A stretch of 32,959 nt of DNA from assembly GCA_003669255.1 (NCBI GenBank), contig QWPO01000028.1:1-32959 (forward strand). The letters run 5' to 3'. The stretch is from Planctomycetota bacterium (GTDB lineage Bacteria; Planctomycetota; Planctomycetia; Pirellulales; UBA1268). Position numbers and translations under genes: made by a program. Positions 27,450 through 32,959 of the stretch are shown here, piece after piece. The first letter of the stretch is position 1, and each line of letters starts with the position of its first letter. Below the pieces are notes generated by a model. The model was not told where the DNA came from, made no database searches, and worked only from the letters and a program-made list of their open reading frames with translations.

Positions 27450-27544
27450 CACACAGGTTGCCAACCTGTGCTACGGAAGAAAGACACACAGGTTGAAAAC
27501 CTGTGCTACGGGAGGAGGGCACACAGGTTGCAAACCTGTGCTAC
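27450..27544 (-). repeat. Three tandem REP palindromes, 35-bp period
   Basis: cacacaggtt-gNN-aacctgtgctac at 27450, 27485 and 27520; 10-nt purine-rich linkers; between convergent genes. Confidence 0.9.
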
Positions 27545-27551
27545 GGGAGGA

Positions 27552-29144
27552 TTACACCCGCGTTTCGGCGGCGATGCGGGCGAGCGCCTCGGCCGTGTGG
27601 ATGATCTGCTCCTCGGTGTGCTCGCAGGTGAGGAAGAACCGCACCCGCGCCGCCGACTCGCGGACCGCTGGATACAGGATCGGCCGGGCGTTGATCCCCT
27701 CCTCCAGCAGACGCTGCGACACCCCCATCGCCCGCGTGGAACTGCCGAGGATCACCGGGATCACCGGCGTGTCGGCACTCTCGCCGGTGTTGAGGCCGAT
27801 GTCGGCGCAGAGCTTGAGGAACAGGTCCGAACGTTCGCGAAGCCGAGCCAGCCGCCAGGGTTCGCGGCGAATCACGCGAATCGCCTCAAGCGCCGCCGCG
27901 GCGTTGGCCGGCGAACAGGCGGTCGAGAAGACGAACGCGGGCGTGGTGAGGCCGAGGTAGCGGATCAGCCGCTCCGGCCCCGCGAGGTAGCCGCCTTGCG
28001 CGCCGAGCGCCTTGCTGATCGTGCCCATCCAGAGGTCGCCCTCGCGGGCATCCACACCGAAGAAGTCGCAGATGCCGCGACCCTCGGGCCCCATGGTGCC
28101 GATCGAGTGGGCTTCGTCCACGTAGAGCAGCGCGTCGTGCCGCCGCTTCACCTCGATGAACTTCGGCAGGTCGGGATAGTCGCCGTCCATGCTGTAGACG
28201 CCCTCGATGGCGACCACCACCCGGCGATACTGGGAGCGGAGGTCGCGAAGCAGGCCGTCGAGCTGGTGGTAGTCGTTGTGACGAAACGGCCGCTTGCCGG
28301 CCTTCGAGAGCGCCGCCCCCTGCACGATGCTCGTGTGGGCGAGTTCGTCGTAGAGGATCAGATCGCCCGCGCCGAAGAGATGGCCGAATACGGAGGCATT
28401 GGTGCCGAAGCCGCAGGGAAACATCGTCGCCCGCTCGGTGCCGATGAAGTCGGCGAGTGCGGCGTCGAGATCGTCGAGCACGGTGTTGTTGCCGCCGACC
28501 ATGCGACTGGCGGAGGCGCTGCACCCAAACCGATCGATCGCATCCTTGGCCGCCCGCTTCACATCCGGGTGACCGGCGAGGCCGAGGTAGTCGAAACTGG
28601 TGTAGGAGATCGTTTCGCGGCCGCGAATCGTGGCCAACCGCCCGTCGACGCGTTCGTTGGCGAGCAGGAACGGGCTTTCCAGCCCGGCGGCGTCGAGGGC
28701 GGCGAACCGGTCTTCGAGCGCCCGGCACTCCGGCCAGGCATCGTCGCCGACAGCCGCCTGTGGCTCCCGTGGGGAAACCGAGAGCGGAACCGTCCTGACG
28801 GCGCCCCGGTCGGCGGCGTCGAACATGTGGTCGGCCACCCGCTGCATCAGATCGCCGCACGTGCGGATTCCGGTCAGCCAGGAGGCGTGAAACCGCATCT
28901 GGTAGCGGCCCTCGAGCCAGTTGATGGCGTCGAGGAAGCGGTCGGAATCGATCCCGGACTCGGCGATCAGGGAACTCGCCGAAAGCCGTCGGCGGCTGCC
29001 AGACGGCCGAACGGACTCGAGGGCCTCGAGCACCACCTCGGCGATCGCCGCACGGCCGTGGGCGTTGGGCCGCTCACGGACAGGGGCCGAACGTCCAGCC
29101 GAGGTGGCGAAACCGATGCCCGTCTGCAGGATGTCTACCGCCAT
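27552..29144 (-). CDS. Acyl-carrier-protein-like domain fused to a PLP-dependent alpha-oxoamine synthase (BioF/SPT family)
   Basis: GGAGG SD then ATG 29144; ACP-like ESGIDSDRFLDAINWLEGRY...IRTCGDL; AOS motifs SFDYLGLA, SASRMVGG, GFGTN, DELAHTS, FRHND, EGVYSMDGD, DEAHS, GTISKALG, PAV....ARVRF. Confidence 0.88.
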   Translation of the reverse strand: MAVDILQTGIGFATSAGRSAPVRERPNAHGRAAIAEVVLEALESVRPSGSRRRLSASSLIAESGIDSDRFLDAINWLEGRYQMRFHASWLTGIRTCGDLMQRVADHMFDAADRGAVRTVPLSVSPREPQAAVGDDAWPECRALEDRFAALDAAGLESPFLLANERVDGRLATIRGRETISYTSFDYLGLAGHPDVKRAAKDAIDRFGCSASASRMVGGNNTVLDDLDAALADFIGTERATMFPCGFGTNASVFGHLFGAGDLILYDELAHTSIVQGAALSKAGKRPFRHNDYHQLDGLLRDLRSQYRRVVVAIEGVYSMDGDYPDLPKFIEVKRRHDALLYVDEAHSIGTMGPEGRGICDFFGVDAREGDLWMGTISKALGAQGGYLAGPERLIRYLGLTTPAFVFSTACSPANAAAALEAIRVIRREPWRLARLRERSDLFLKLCADIGLNTGESADTPVIPVILGSSTRAMGVSQRLLEEGINARPILYPAVRESAARVRFFLTCEHTEEQIIHTAEALARIAAETRV

Positions 29145-29319
29145 GCCGCACCCTCCGTGACAAATCTTTAAGCGGGGCGCCGCCGTGCCTGCACCCGTGG
29201 GTCTCACTATACGGGAACGGCCCGAAACCAAAAGCCGACGCAAGCCCCTGACGGGCGAAAAACCGCCCAACAAAAGTGTCTGCGCGGAAAAATCTTCCGC
29301 TGGAAACGAGTTTGCCGCC

Positions 29320-29344
29320 CCGCAGATTGCCAACCTGCGGCGAC
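29320..29344 (-). repeat. Degenerate REP copy
   Basis: Minus strand gtcg-ccgcaggtt-ggc-aatctgcgg downstream of acnA. Confidence 0.55.
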
Positions 29345-29406
29345 GGACAGCAACACAGCGGTTCCTCCTCCACATGGAGGTACAGGTTGGCTCTTTGGAC
29401 CAGCGA

Positions 29407-32121
<2,715 letters not shown>

Positions 32122-32381
32122 GGCGGTAGGGTTTTCTGAGGCGTGACGGGGAAGGATGACTCAACAGGATGAGGGCAGCGGTGGACGGTAGCGTAACGGA
32201 CACCCCGTAGGCCGGAGAAGCGGCCCAAACAGCGTGTCCAACGGCCCGCCGGCTCACCACCGTGGGCCGGCACGACGCAGGCACCTCCAACGGAAACCTG
32301 CAAAAGCCCTGGAAAAAGACCCCTAACCGGCAGATTTTGCCGCGGCGACCGCCATCGGGAGGTCGATCCAGAAAAAAAGGG

Positions 32382-32411
32382 TCGACGCGAAGGCGGAACC
32401 TAAGGTATGGT
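32382..32411 (+). promoter_or_regulatory. Putative promoter TCGACG-N18-TATGGT with upstream A-tract
   Basis: A7 at 32372-32378, tcgacg 32382-32387, tatggt 32406-32411; predicted start at about 32417, the base of the first hairpin. Confidence 0.4.
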
Positions 32412-32416
32412 TGGAG

Positions 32417-32547
32417 AGCCGTGGGCATGAGCCGGCGGCCACACCATACACCTCGATTCTCTTCAGCGGCTGTTCCCCCCCCCAAAGACCCACACATCGA
32501 TAGCCGCTACCGGACCCGTGGTTTTCGAACCACGGGTCCTTTTCTTT
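32417..32547 (+). ncRNA. Candidate small RNA (three hairpins, C-rich loop)
   Basis: Hairpin 32418-32439, hairpin 32465-32508 with C9 in the loop, terminator 32512-32547; both flanking genes are on the minus strand. Confidence 0.5.
32512..32547 (+). terminator. Intrinsic terminator on the + strand
   Basis: Perfect 12-bp stem ggacccgtggtt-ttcg-aaccacgggtcc followed by ttttcttt; no U-tract on the minus side. Confidence 0.8.
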
Positions 32548-32583
32548 TCCGGGTTCGTTTTTTCTGGCTGACGAGGCTTCCGC

Positions 32584-32958
32584 TCACCCCACGACGCCGC
32601 GATCGAGCAGACCGTCGATCAGCGCTGAACGCGTGTCGATCGGCGACGTGCGGCGGTTGGCCGCCGGTGCGGCGAGAATCTCTCGCGTTTTCATCAGCCG
32701 CCGGCCACCCGACTGAGCATCGTAGGCGTTGAGGGCGACCGTGAGCCGGCGATCGGCGGGCACGTCGGCCCCCTGATGCCGCAACCGTGCCGGTGCACCG
32801 CCATCCCCCGCCACGACCTCGAACGGCCACAGGGTGCGGTCGGAGTCTTTCTGCTTCGCGTCCTCGGCGACGATGGCGAGTAGGTCGGCGGCCGTCACCT
32901 CGGCGGTAACGAGCATGTTCTCGTAGGGAATGATCTTCCAGCAGTCGGCCACCGTGAG
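32584..32958 (-). CDS. 5'-nucleotidase-family C-terminal domain (gene truncated by the window end)
   Basis: LTVADCWKIIPYENMLVTAEVTAADL and LTVALNAYDAQSGG match the T..D....PF.N......TG and Y.VA.N.Y...GG patterns; the frame is open to the window edge. Confidence 0.75.
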   Translation of the reverse strand, partial: LTVADCWKIIPYENMLVTAEVTAADLLAIVAEDAKQKDSDRTLWPFEVVAGDGGAPARLRHQGADVPADRRLTVALNAYDAQSGGRRLMKTREILAAPAANRRTSPIDTRSALIDGLLDRGVVG

Positions 32959-32959
32959 C

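Noticed and set aside
27450-27544. CRISPR array
   Set aside because: Linkers are only 10 nt, the repeat is the GTAG REP found dispersed in the window, and no cas genes are present.
27552-29144. Calling the AOS gene bioF or spt
   Set aside because: Family motifs do not determine substrate; no biotin or sphingolipid pathway genes are adjacent and the ACP fusion is atypical for BioF.
26028-29171. 1047-aa + strand ORF
   Set aside because: Shadow frame over the MMPL gene, the REP array and the antisense of the AOS gene; Arg/Gly/Pro-rich with no motifs.
32262-32732. 156-aa + strand ORF (also ATG 32427) as the explanation for the + terminator
   Set aside because: The frame runs through the terminator and antisense into the nucleotidase gene, so the terminator cannot be its 3' end; no protein-like features.

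Overview
GC-rich bacterial chromosomal window. Gene content (MfnB, thioredoxin-YHS protein, degenerate sulfatase, STN-repeat and TPR secreted proteins) suggests a Planctomycetota/Pirellulales-like organism; this is inference. It is mostly core and accessory metabolism: rho, glpK, mfnB, a Na+/H+ antiporter-family permease, rnd, tRNA-Ser(CGA), a HIT protein, a large GH-like secreted protein, a sulfatase-like protein, a POT peptide transporter, a Tat-exported sugar-phosphate isomerase, a SET-domain protein, an MMPL/RND transporter, an ACP-fused alpha-oxoamine synthase, acnA and the 3' end of a 5'-nucleotidase. No integrase, transposase or cas gene is visible. The strongest unexplained signals are non-coding: (1) a candidate ~130-nt sRNA (32417-32547, + strand) with its own promoter, a C9 loop and a terminator, between two minus-strand genes; (2) a ~385-nt structured rho leader ending in UUCAG repeats; (3) about 13 copies of a GTAG-type REP palindrome with compensatory changes, as singlets, inverted doublets and a 35-bp tandem; (4) a tRNA-Ser with a non-canonical D-arm followed by a duplicated double-hairpin unit. 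The main protein-level candidate is a SET + MMPL operon converging on an ACP-oxoamine synthase fusion, possibly an amino-lipid system. Many start codons were moved downstream of the ORF-track starts by eye, and family assignments come from motif recognition, not searches.
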